Origin: Methanocaldococcus jannaschii DSM 2661
Lineage (GTDB): Archaea; AGJL01; Methanococci; Methanococcales; Methanocaldococcaceae
Direction of reading: 5' to 3'
Assembly: GCF_000091665.1 (NCBI RefSeq)
Contig: NC_000909.1
Span: 1,514,837 to 1,546,836, forward strand
Length of the DNA: 32,000 bases
Shown here one piece after another: positions 1 to 9,764 of the stretch. How positions within the stretch are numbered: position 1 is the first letter of the stretch; every line of letters starts with the position of its first letter. The notes under the pieces were generated by a model that was not told where the DNA came from, did no database searches, and was given only the letters and a program-made list of their open reading frames with translations. Made by a program: the position numbers and the translations under genes.

Positions 1-877
1 TTCTATAGGTTAGTTTTTTTATTTCCTTCTCTATATCATTGTTTAAGTAAAATATCTCGTTCTCATTTCCTTCATTCATAATTGGTTTTAAGTTTAAAGT
101 TGGAGGACTTCTAACAACAATTCCACTAACTTCTGAAATTTTGTTAGCTAATAACATCCCCTCAATACTTGAAACTGGCTCAACTATTGTAGAGTCATCT
201 TTATTTATTGCTTCTGGAAGGAATGAAACTTTAATCCTCAACCAAGTTGATTCTTCAGGATTGTTTTTTATTATTTCTTTTCCTTTCTTTGAAATATTTG
301 CATTTTCTAAGTAATATTTATAATGCTCATTACAAAGTTCTCTCAACCTTCTATCAAATGATTTTTTATGCGTTAGATAATATTTTGCCTTAACTTTCTT
401 TTTGTAGTATTTTTTAAAGTTCTTTGCACTGAGTTTAGTTAATTTTAATGCCTCTTCAAAAGGTATGTTTGTCTTATATTCAACAAGTTTTGCATATTCG
501 TAAGTTTCAATTATTATGTGGTTTTTATATCCCTTATTTGTCTCAATAGCCACTGATACATAATCTTCAAATGTTGGATGTCTTAAAAACATCTTCTTAA
601 CTTCTTCAAAATCTATATTAGGGTTGAGCTTTCTAATTTCCTTTGGTGTTAATAGGCAAGGTCCTGTTGTGATATTTTTTGAAATAAAATCTCCAACCAT
701 TCCCACAAATCTATAATAAGGCAAGGAAGTGAAGTCATAAGAAATTATTTTATTGAGCTTATACTTCTCAATAATCCTATTCCAAAATTGAGGGTAAGTG
801 TGGTTATAATACTCCTCTCCAATATTGCAATTACAGTTGTGATAATTACATAATTTTAAATTCATTGATAAGCTCAT
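1..877 (-). CDS. Hypothetical protein, C-terminal part cut off by the window edge
   Basis: This ORF is absent from the ORF track because it has no stop in the window. Hand translation of the minus strand from ATG 877..875 (MSLSMNLKLCNYHNCNCNIGEEYYNHTYPQFWNRIIEKYKL...) stays open for 292 codons down to nt 2. An AGGTGAT Shine-Dalgarno (plus 881-887) lies 3 nt upstream. I recognise no family. Confidence 0.7.
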   Translation of the reverse strand, partial: MSLSMNLKLCNYHNCNCNIGEEYYNHTYPQFWNRIIEKYKLNKIISYDFTSLPYYRFVGMVGDFISKNITTGPCLLTPKEIRKLNPNIDFEEVKKMFLRHPTFEDYVSVAIETNKGYKNHIIIETYEYAKLVEYKTNIPFEEALKLTKLSAKNFKKYYKKKVKAKYYLTHKKSFDRRLRELCNEHYKYYLENANISKKGKEIIKNNPEESTWLRIKVSFLPEAINKDDSTIVEPVSSIEGMLLANKISEVSGIVVRSPPTLNLKPIMNEGNENEIFYLNNDIEKEIKKLTYR

Positions 878-944
878 AGCATCACCTTGATTGTGCCACA
901 TCTATACACTATTATTGACCTCCTCATATTTATATTTTACCCTA

Positions 945-1808
<864 letters not shown>

Positions 1809-1886
1809 ACAGATGGATACCTTTAAATATCTCCAAAGATATAAGATATAAACGCAGAATACTACAACAAAATTGTGGGGATAGAT

Positions 1887-2204
1887 ATGTCAGAAGAAAA
1901 AGAAGTTAAAGAAATAAAAGTTGAGATTCCTAAAGAAATTGCTGATAAAATAGAGAAGATAACAAGTTTTTTAAATAGTTTAAAAGATAAAAAAGAAATG
2001 GTGTCAAAAGAAAAAATAGAAGAAATGTTAAAACTTATCGATGAGGTTAAAGATAAATTACCTAAATTAAATGTAGATATTGAAAAATTAGCAAAAATCT
2101 TAGAAGGTAGTGGAAGCGAGGTTAAAATTGTATTTAACAAATTGACCATTGATGGAGAAGTAGGCTTAAAAATTATCCCATTAAAGAAAGAGAAAAAGGA
2201 ATAA
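1887..2204 (+). CDS. Hypothetical Lys/Glu-rich protein, probably coiled-coil
   Basis: The track ORF is 1875..2204. An ATG at 1887 (MSEEKEVKEIK) is preferred over the GTG at 1875. The composition is highly charged and I recognise no family. Confidence 0.55.
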   Translation: MSEEKEVKEIKVEIPKEIADKIEKITSFLNSLKDKKEMVSKEKIEEMLKLIDEVKDKLPKLNVDIEKLAKILEGSGSEVKIVFNKLTIDGEVGLKIIPLKKEKKE

Positions 2205-2217
2205 AATAAGTGGGACT

Positions 2218-2628
2218 TTGCTTAAAGAACTCAACTATTTATTTTTGTTTCAGAGATTGATAAAAAATGGTAGTTTAGAAATAGCATTAACGAATATTTT
2301 TTCTTTAGGGATTAGTAGAGATTATATCACAATTAATATTGAGAATATAAAAACATTAAAAGAAATTATGGAAGCTGTTTCTTCAAAATCAGCGAATAAG
2401 AAGTTAAAAAGTTTCTTAGAAAAAATTGAGGATTTAAAGATTTTTTTATCAGAGGCTTCAAAAATAGCTGAAATTTTAGTTAATAATAGGAAAACTTTTA
2501 TTTTGAAATATAAAGGTAAGGAGGTTTTAATTGTTGGTTATGATGCAAGAGGAGGAATATTTCTAAAAAATATAAAAATTACTGACAAATTAGCTTTGAT
2601 AAAAATGTTAAATGAATTCAAAAATTAG
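2218..2628 (+). CDS. Hypothetical protein
   Basis: This is a 136-codon ORF starting at a TTG 14 nt after the preceding gene. It is co-directional with pstK and the 105-aa gene. I recognise no family, and the start is uncertain. Confidence 0.5.
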   Translation: MLKELNYLFLFQRLIKNGSLEIALTNIFSLGISRDYITINIENIKTLKEIMEAVSSKSANKKLKSFLEKIEDLKIFLSEASKIAEILVNNRKTFILKYKGKEVLIVGYDARGGIFLKNIKITDKLALIKMLNEFKN

Positions 2629-3887
2629 CTTCTCAAAATCTCATACATTTCTTCAGCTTTTTCATAGACTTTCTCTTCATCAACAGTTAAAATCTCTCCA
2701 TCCCTCATAACTATATTTCCATCTATGATGACATCATCTACAAAGCCATTAAACGCATAAACTAAATGGGACATTATATTCTCTTTTGGATACAAGTAAG
2801 GTTTATCCAAGTTTATTAAAACAATATCTGCTAAATATCCTTCTCTTATTTCTCCAGCTTTTATATTCAATGCTTTAGCCCCATTTTTAGTGGCAAAGTT
2901 AAACGCCTCTTCAGCTTTAACAACAGTTGGATTTAAATTAACTCCCTTATGTAAGATTGCAGAGACCTTTATCTCCTCAAATAAGTTTAAGTTGTTGTTA
3001 CTTCCACATCCATCAGTTCCTAAGGTAACGTTTATTCCCTCAGCCAAGAGTTTTGGAATTGGAGCTACTCCAGAAGCTAATTTTAAGTTGCTAATTGGGT
3101 TATGAGAGACGTTTATGTTTTTTTGTTTCATTATTTTGATTTCTTCATCTGTTAAATGCACGCAGTGAGCGGCTATAGCTCTAACATCATCAAAGAAACC
3201 AAAGGAGTTTAAATAAATAAACGGCTCCATACCCGTTTTCTCTTTAACCATTTTAATCTCATCTAAGGTTTCATTTAGATGTATATGTATAGGGACGTTG
3301 TATTTTTTAGCTAAGTTATTAACTTCCATTAAAAGCTCTTTGGAGCAAGTGTATGGAGCATGAGGGCCAAGAGCTGGCATTATTCTACTATTATTTAAGC
3401 TGTTTATGTAGTTTATATACTTCTCAGCATTTTTAAGCTCTCTCTCCCTTCTCTCCTCATCAAATAAATCAATCATTCCGTAGGCTAAAACTGCCCTCAT
3501 TCCACTTTCATCAACTGCCTTAGCAATCCCTTCCAAAAAGAAATACATATCGTTAAAAGTAGTAGTTCCACTTCTAATCATCTCAATACATCCTAATAGT
3601 GTTCCCCAATAAACAATTTCTTCATTTAACTTTGCCTCCATAGGCCAGATGTAGTTGTTTAACCACTCCATTAAAGGTAAATCATCAGCAACTCCTCTGA
3701 ATAATGTCATTGGTATGTGGGTGTGAGTATTTATCAACCCAGGGATTGCTATCTTGTTCTTTCCATCTATAATTTCAGCATTCTCTATTTCTTCTTTTTT
3801 AACCTCTCCAATCTTTTTTATTTTATTTCCTTCAATTAGTATATCCTGTCTCTTCCCATTTACAAATACATTTTTTATCAATATCAC
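2625..3887 (-). CDS. dadD: Amidohydrolase-family deaminase (5'-deoxyadenosine / MTA / adenosine deaminase, DadD/MtaD type)
   Basis: The 420-aa protein has the metal-binding HTHIPMT (HxH) motif plus HLNET, CVHL and GTDG motifs of the amidohydrolase deaminase fold. It matches my memory of M. jannaschii DadD. It starts at GTG 3887 with GGTGA 4 nt upstream. Confidence 0.85.
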   Translation of the reverse strand: MILIKNVFVNGKRQDILIEGNKIKKIGEVKKEEIENAEIIDGKNKIAIPGLINTHTHIPMTLFRGVADDLPLMEWLNNYIWPMEAKLNEEIVYWGTLLGCIEMIRSGTTTFNDMYFFLEGIAKAVDESGMRAVLAYGMIDLFDEERRERELKNAEKYINYINSLNNSRIMPALGPHAPYTCSKELLMEVNNLAKKYNVPIHIHLNETLDEIKMVKEKTGMEPFIYLNSFGFFDDVRAIAAHCVHLTDEEIKIMKQKNINVSHNPISNLKLASGVAPIPKLLAEGINVTLGTDGCGSNNNLNLFEEIKVSAILHKGVNLNPTVVKAEEAFNFATKNGAKALNIKAGEIREGYLADIVLINLDKPYLYPKENIMSHLVYAFNGFVDDVIIDGNIVMRDGEILTVDEEKVYEKAEEMYEILRS

Positions 3888-3901
3888 TGTTTCACCTTGT
3901 A

Positions 3902-6316
3902 TTACTGTAAATTGTGGAATTTAACAAAGTAATCAAAGAATTCTTTGAATTCCTTTAATACATCTTTTCTGTAACCAATATAGTTATGAACGATATATTT
4001 ATCTTTCTCAATCTGAATGTTTTTCAAGTCTTGTGGTTCGATTATGAAATCTGTAGGGACGGTAAATATAAACAACTTCTTTCTTAAGATATCCTCTAAC
4101 TGCTTTCTTAATGGTTCTATACAGTATTTAACTACTTCTTCTTTAGATGAGAGATATATGTATCCTAACTCAATAAGTTTTTCCCTATGAGCTTCCAAAG
4201 TTTTAATATAAATATTTATAACTTTATCGAACTCTTCTTTAGAAATCCAAAATGGATGTCTATTTTTAAAGAAATTAAGGCGTTCCTCTACTATTTTATG
4301 ATACTTTCCTTTTTCTAATAGTTTGTATCTAACTTTTCCTTCACCATCTTTTATTTCTTCATATAAGTTATAAAGTATCCAACTTCTAAGCATAAGAATA
4401 TATGGGATGGAAGTATATTGAAGTAGAGCATAATATTTTCCAAAACTTAAAGTGTTTTGCGGGCGAATAACTTCGATATTATATTCGTCTATTGGTATAT
4501 CTTCGTATTCAGCTAAGTCGAATAATGGAATGTCCCTTAAAGCAGAGCTTAAAAGAATTACAGCGTCAGATAGTAATATCTTTCTGGTAGTTCTATCTAA
4601 AATTACTGTCCCAAACGTTTTTTCCAAGTCTTTGATTATACTCCCAATACATATGTATTTGGTGGATTTTTTAGGTTTATAAAATCTAAATGTATTGAAT
4701 ATATTTTCATTGTTTATGAAATATGGAGAATGTAAGATTATAAATACCTGTGAGTCAATATTCTCAGTATCTTTAAGAATCTTTGAAAATCTCTTTTGAT
4801 ATTTTGGGTAAAGTTGATTAAATGGAGTATCAAGTAAAATAACCTTTGACTCATACCCAAATACTAAAGTTAGAATTTCTAAGATTTTTTTCACACCAAG
4901 TCCTACCATGTTCAGAGGTATCTCAATGTCTTCTGAATATACTACAATATCTGGTTTATTATTAGCTAAAATTACATCAAAACTAAGACTTCCACTATTA
5001 AATATATATTCAAACATCTCTTTAATTTTCATATATCTTTTTCTTAGCTTTAGATTTGCATTATTCTTTAAGTAAAACAAATAACTGGGTATCCATTTTT
5101 CAGATGGCATGCTTAATATACCTAAATATAAATCGTCTTTTGTTGTGGATGTTTTGAATAATTCCAATATTTTAGATTTCACATTTTTTTCTAAACTGTT
5201 ATTCTTTAAACCAGCAAGTAATTCAACTATCATATAATCTGGAATCATTACTTTGCCTTCATTTGGTAAATAATCCTCATAAAATATTAGACTGTTTTCA
5301 TATATTTTTAATAAAATATCATTTAGTGAGATATCACTAATTTCATATATGTCCCTATAATCAAATCCACAAAATCTTACAATATATTTTAAATCTTCAA
5401 TAATTTCTTTGTCCCATGGATTTTCTTTTGAATATTCTAAAACCTTCTTAACATATATTGACATTTTATTGGCTAAGAGTTTATCCAAAGCCAATAATAC
5501 AACAAATGCTCTCAATATGTTTTTATCCATTGTTAATCTTTTAAAACAATCTTCATATTTCTCAATGTCTTTTGTAAAATCTTTCATTGAGATTTCAACA
5601 ATATTTTCTATATTTCCATCTCCAATTCTTGTTGTGATATTCTCCTTACCATCAATTAATGTGCTAAAGAATAATTTCTCATTTTTTTCATAAATTGTAA
5701 TTAATGCATTTACAGATGATGTTATAATGTTTTTTAAATCATTTGTAACTTCTATAATCTCAACATTTCTGTCCAACTCATGTATAACCTTACTATGGTC
5801 AATTAAATCTGGTGTAATCTCTGATAATTCACGTTCTTTCAAGTATATTTTTATTTTTTCAATATCTTCTTCTAAACTTCTCAATCTAAGCATAAAATAT
5901 GGTCTATAGCACCTTAATTCAGAGCACTCCCAAATATATGACCCTGCTGAAAAATAATCAATAATACTATTGATAATGTTCAGCTTTAAGTTGTTACATA
6001 GTCTTATCAAATCTGGAGCATTTATTTTGAAGAAAATTTTAAGAAATTTGGCAATAACCTCTTTATCACTCTTGTCAAATATCACATCTACCTCTATCTT
6101 TGCCGCTTTTAAATTTTTATTGTGTAAATATATTTCCAAATCTACTGCTGATATTTTCTCATTTATAATGTTTCTTAGTAATTTTAAAACCCTAAATAAG
6201 TTTGTTTTTCCTACATTATTGGGGCCGAAGATTGTAACAACATCCCCATCCTCAAATGTTATTTTAAAATCATCAAATGATAGTAAATTCTTAGCGGCTA
6301 TTGACTTTATTTTCAT
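3902..6316 (-). CDS. Large orphan ABC/SMC-like (AAA_15/OLD-like) ATPase with degenerate catalytic motifs
   Basis: Walker A is GPNNVGKT (nt 6203-6226). The distal ATPase half reads VILLDTPFNQLYP...FIILHSPYF (nt ~4820-4843 onward), which resembles lliDEPExxLHP...THSP with Asp-Thr in place of Asp-Glu. About 450 aa separate the two halves. The start is moved to ATG 6316 (MKIKSIAAKNLLSF) because the track's ATG 6328 lies inside the ATGGTGA SD. Confidence 0.75.
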   Translation of the reverse strand: MKIKSIAAKNLLSFDDFKITFEDGDVVTIFGPNNVGKTNLFRVLKLLRNIINEKISAVDLEIYLHNKNLKAAKIEVDVIFDKSDKEVIAKFLKIFFKINAPDLIRLCNNLKLNIINSIIDYFSAGSYIWECSELRCYRPYFMLRLRSLEEDIEKIKIYLKERELSEITPDLIDHSKVIHELDRNVEIIEVTNDLKNIITSSVNALITIYEKNEKLFFSTLIDGKENITTRIGDGNIENIVEISMKDFTKDIEKYEDCFKRLTMDKNILRAFVVLLALDKLLANKMSIYVKKVLEYSKENPWDKEIIEDLKYIVRFCGFDYRDIYEISDISLNDILLKIYENSLIFYEDYLPNEGKVMIPDYMIVELLAGLKNNSLEKNVKSKILELFKTSTTKDDLYLGILSMPSEKWIPSYLFYLKNNANLKLRKRYMKIKEMFEYIFNSGSLSFDVILANNKPDIVVYSEDIEIPLNMVGLGVKKILEILTLVFGYESKVILLDTPFNQLYPKYQKRFSKILKDTENIDSQVFIILHSPYFINNENIFNTFRFYKPKKSTKYICIGSIIKDLEKTFGTVILDRTTRKILLSDAVILLSSALRDIPLFDLAEYEDIPIDEYNIEVIRPQNTLSFGKYYALLQYTSIPYILMLRSWILYNLYEEIKDGEGKVRYKLLEKGKYHKIVEERLNFFKNRHPFWISKEEFDKVINIYIKTLEAHREKLIELGYIYLSSKEEVVKYCIEPLRKQLEDILRKKLFIFTVPTDFIIEPQDLKNIQIEKDKYIVHNYIGYRKDVLKEFKEFFDYFVKFHNLQ

Positions 6317-6575
6317 AAATTTCACCATACTATTTAATTTTAGGATAATGCTCTCCGTGTAATTGCTAAATATCGTTTATAACCAACATTTATGTTTTAA
6401 ATTTATTTCACTATAATTTAGTTGTGTTCTAATGGTATTTAAATTCTATGTTATTATTATATGGTTTTTATAGTATCGATTTCTGAATATCAAATTAAAC
6501 CGAAAACCTTAAAATAGTATTATGGCTAATAAAGGTAGCGAGTATTTAATAAAAAGAGTCTTTATGGTGATAGAA

Positions 6576-7568
6576 ATGGTTAAAATATTCTACGATAAGG
6601 ATGTAACCTTTGACGCAGTTAAAGACAAAACAATAGCAGTTATTGGTTATGGAAGTCAAGGAAGAGCTCAAGCTTTAAATATGAAGGATAGTGGTTTAAA
6701 TGTTATAGTTGGTTTGAGACCAAATGGAGCATCATGGAACAAGGCAATTAAAGATGGACACAAAGTTATGACAATTGAGGAAGCAGCAGAGAAAGCAGAT
6801 ATCATCCACATATTAATCCCAGATGAAGTCCAGCCAGCAGTTTATAAAAAGCAGATTGAGCCTTACTTAACAGAAGGAAAAACAATAAGCTTCTCACATG
6901 GATACAACATCCACTATGGATTTATAAGACCTCCAGAGAATGTTAATATAACAATGGTAGCTCCAAAATCACCAGGGGCAATGGTTAGAAAAACATATGA
7001 AGAAGGATTTGGAGTTCCAGGATTGGTTGCTGTTGAGAGAGATTATACAGGAGATGCTTTACAAATTGCTTTGGGAATGGCTAAAGGTATTGGATTAACA
7101 AAAGTTGGAGTAATACAAACAACTTTTAGAGAAGAAACAGAAACAGATTTATTTGGAGAGCAAGTAGTTTTGTGTGGAGGAGTTACCGAGTTAATTAAAG
7201 CTGCGTTTGAAACATTAGTTGAAGCTGGTTACGCTCCAGAGATGGCATACTTTGAAACATGCCATGAGTTAAAGCTAATAGTTGATTTAATCTATCAAAA
7301 GGGATTACAGGGAATGTGGGAGAACGTCTCAAACACTGCTGAATATGGAGGTTTAACAAGAAGGGCAAGAGTTATAAATGAGGAGTCAAGAAAGGCAATG
7401 AAAGAGATTTTAAAAGAGATACAAGATGGAAGATTTGCAAAAGAATGGAGCTTAGAAAGAGAAGCTGGCTTCCCACACTTGAATGCTTTAAGAAGATTAG
7501 AGAAAGAGCATTTAATTGAGAAGGTTGGAAAAGAGTTAAGAAAGATGTGTGGCTTGGAGAAGGAATAA
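6576..7568 (+). CDS. ilvC: Ketol-acid reductoisomerase
   Basis: The protein has the NADPH-binding motif [12 protein letters not shown] and class I KARI sequence throughout. The start is set at ATG 6576 (MVKIFYDKD), which follows GGTGAT (6567-6572). The track's start at 6522 would add 18 unlikely residues. Confidence 0.9.
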   Translation: MVKIFYDKDVTFDAVKDKTIAVIGYGSQGRAQALNMKDSGLNVIVGLRPNGASWNKAIKDGHKVMTIEEAAEKADIIHILIPDEVQPAVYKKQIEPYLTEGKTISFSHGYNIHYGFIRPPENVNITMVAPKSPGAMVRKTYEEGFGVPGLVAVERDYTGDALQIALGMAKGIGLTKVGVIQTTFREETETDLFGEQVVLCGGVTELIKAAFETLVEAGYAPEMAYFETCHELKLIVDLIYQKGLQGMWENVSNTAEYGGLTRRARVINEESRKAMKEILKEIQDGRFAKEWSLEREAGFPHLNALRRLEKEHLIEKVGKELRKMCGLEKE

Positions 7569-7590
7569 TTTTTAATCTCTTTTTTATTTT
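7569..7590 (+). terminator. Oligo-T archaeal terminator region shared by convergent genes
   Basis: T runs (TTTTTAATCTCTTTTTTATTTT) begin immediately after the ilvC stop. The convergent minus-strand gene ends at 7626. Confidence 0.45.
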
Positions 7591-7625
7591 ATTAATTTAA
7601 AAATGTCTTTTACATTATTAAAATA

Positions 7626-8909
7626 TCAATAGGTTAAACTCCACTTCCAGAATGGAACAATCTCTATCAGATGTTCTTTATCATCAACTGTTATTTTTTC
7701 GAATCCTTCATCGTTGTAAGTGATAATTTTTAAATTGACATTATCAAGTTTTAAATCTTTTATTGCCTTTTCATAAGCTTTGATTTCTCTTTCTTTATTG
7801 GTCTCATTTAATTCATAGCATACTTGAATTAACTCCTTATTTTCTCCAAATATTAAAAAATCAACCTCATAGTTTTTCCTTTTGACATAAAACAGATTCT
7901 CATTCTCAACAAAACCTCTCCTTCTCAACTCCAAAAATACAAGGTTTTCCAAAATTCTTCCTTTATTTTTGCTAAAACTTAAGGAGAAGTTCCACATTCC
8001 GTCAATAACATAGAGTTTTGAGTAGGATATTGTCTTAGTCTTATAAGAGAAATTATTTAATAAAAATATTAGATAGGCATCACTAAAATACTCTAAATAG
8101 TTGTAAATGCACTCTCTACTTATTTTTGTATTAAATTCTTTGAGTAAATTGGCAATCTTTTTAATAGAAATCTCATTAGCAAATAAATTTATTAAAATGT
8201 TCCTTAAAACTTTAATTTCCTTTATATTTCTAATGCTATGCCTCTCAACAACATCCCTATAAAATATGCCGTCCAAATATTCTTTAAGAATTTCTTTTTT
8301 AATGTTTTCATCATCTATTAAAGTTATTTCTGGAAAACCACCAAATTTAATGAATTCGTTTAGATACTTCAGCAACTCTGCCTTTTCAATTGTGGAATAC
8401 CTCTTCTTAACATTAAAATTCTTAAATTTCAAAAATTCCTTAAAGTTTAATGGTAATATTTCAGTTTTTAAATTTCTTCCTCTCAAAGAAGTGGCAATTT
8501 CTTTTGATAATAATTTAGAAGATGAACCAGTTATAAAAATGTTGAAACCACTATCATTTAGCCTTCTAACAAATTTATCCCAATTATCAACACTCTGAAT
8601 CTCATCAAAAAATAGGTTTTTTGTGTTTTTTATAGACAATGCAATCTTTAAGAGTTCATTTAACTCATCTAAAGCTATATTTATTAATCTTTCATCCTCA
8701 AAATTTATATAGATGAAATCATCCTTAAAATGCTTGTTTATAATTTGAAATAAGAAATATGTCTTTCCTCCTCTCCTCACACCATAGATAACCTTTATTT
8801 TGTTAGGGATGAGTTTTATTTCAATATCTCTATTAATTACCTTTGCTTTCTTTGCAATCTCTAAGTTGTCTAATATAACTTCTTCAAATAGTATCTTTTT
8901 GTCTATCAT
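7626..8909 (-). CDS. AAA+ ATPase of the AAA_14 + DUF4143 (COG1373) family
   Basis: Motifs are Walker A GVRRGGKT and Walker B LFFDEIQ, followed by a C-terminal DUF4143-like region. The family is recognised from memory. The track ORF starts at TTG 8951. I prefer ATG 8909 (MIDKKILFEEV) because a TTTAAATA TATA-like box (~8955-8966, minus strand) would place the transcription start downstream of 8951. Confidence 0.7.
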   Translation of the reverse strand: MIDKKILFEEVILDNLEIAKKAKVINRDIEIKLIPNKIKVIYGVRRGGKTYFLFQIINKHFKDDFIYINFEDERLINIALDELNELLKIALSIKNTKNLFFDEIQSVDNWDKFVRRLNDSGFNIFITGSSSKLLSKEIATSLRGRNLKTEILPLNFKEFLKFKNFNVKKRYSTIEKAELLKYLNEFIKFGGFPEITLIDDENIKKEILKEYLDGIFYRDVVERHSIRNIKEIKVLRNILINLFANEISIKKIANLLKEFNTKISRECIYNYLEYFSDAYLIFLLNNFSYKTKTISYSKLYVIDGMWNFSLSFSKNKGRILENLVFLELRRRGFVENENLFYVKRKNYEVDFLIFGENKELIQVCYELNETNKEREIKAYEKAIKDLKLDNVNLKIITYNDEGFEKITVDDKEHLIEIVPFWKWSLTY

Positions 8910-9017
8910 ACTTGACACTCTTAATATTTTTATGTCTAATATATTAGACAAAGTATTTAAATCTTCTCTTTACAATATCCGACAATAAACATAATGCATT
9001 TCAACAAAATCAAAAAC

Positions 9018-9025
9018 TTTATATA
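9018..9025 (+). promoter_or_regulatory. TATA box candidate for the HTH regulator gene
   Basis: TTTATATA ends 34 nt before ATG 9059. The nearly palindromic context (CTTTATATAAT) could also serve the divergent minus-strand gene. Confidence 0.4.
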
Positions 9026-9058
9026 ATATTGACATTTTATTTTTATTTTGTGATTAAT

Positions 9059-9754
9059 ATGGAGAAAGTAGCAATATACATTATAGGAGATATTGTTTTA
9101 GCTGAAAATACTGGAAAAGCTCTAAAAAAATGGAGGAATTTATTCAACATCCAGCAGATTGAGTTAGCTAAATACTTAAACGTTTCTCCATCCGTTATAA
9201 GTGATTATGAAGTTGGAAGAAGAAAAAACCCAGGAGTGAATATTATAAAAAAGTATGTTTTGGCATTAATAGAAATAGATAAGGAGAAGGGAGGACAAAC
9301 AATAAAAGCATTAAAAAGAATTTTAGATAAAAGCCCTTCAATGAAGGCAATTTTATCAATAAAAGAGTATGAAAACCCAATAACCCTTAATGAATTTGTA
9401 AATATTATTGATGGAGAAATTGCCGTTGGAGATAACTCAGACACTCCAATATATGGGCATACAGTTGTTGATAGTATAAAGGCAATATTAGAGATGACAG
9501 GAGATGATTTCTATCATTTATACGGATGGACTACTGAAAGAGCTTTAATATTCACAAACGTCTCTACTGGAAGAAGCCCAATGGTTGCTGTTAGAGTCAG
9601 CATAATGAAGCCAAGAGTTGTTGTTTTGCAGGGAATAAATAAAGACAAGATAGACAGCTTAGCTTTAAAATTAGCTGAGATTGATAACATCCCACTAATA
9701 ACAACCCATTTAGATACTAAAGAACTTATAAAAAGACTAAATGAGATAAAATAA
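9059..9754 (+). CDS. XRE/Cro-type HTH transcriptional regulator with a C-terminal uncharacterised domain
   Basis: The HTH motif is [24 protein letters not shown]. The start is set at ATG 9059 ([10 protein letters not shown]). The track's TTG 9029 lies only 4 nt downstream of the candidate TATA box and would be upstream of the predicted transcription start. Confidence 0.7.
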   Translation: MEKVAIYIIGDIVLAENTGKALKKWRNLFNIQQIELAKYLNVSPSVISDYEVGRRKNPGVNIIKKYVLALIEIDKEKGGQTIKALKRILDKSPSMKAILSIKEYENPITLNEFVNIIDGEIAVGDNSDTPIYGHTVVDSIKAILEMTGDDFYHLYGWTTERALIFTNVSTGRSPMVAVRVSIMKPRVVVLQGINKDKIDSLALKLAEIDNIPLITTHLDTKELIKRLNEIK

Positions 9755-9764
9755 GGGGGAAATT

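Noticed and set aside
4452-6362. Four plus-strand track ORFs (4452..4682, 5409..5693, 5727..5909, 5970..6362) inside the large ATPase gene
   Set aside because: All are antisense to a long, motif-bearing minus-strand CDS. They are rich in Ser, Phe, Leu and Ile, the expected mirror of Lys/Glu/Asn-rich coding sequence. They lack SD sequences. Such shadow ORFs are typical of AT-rich genomes.
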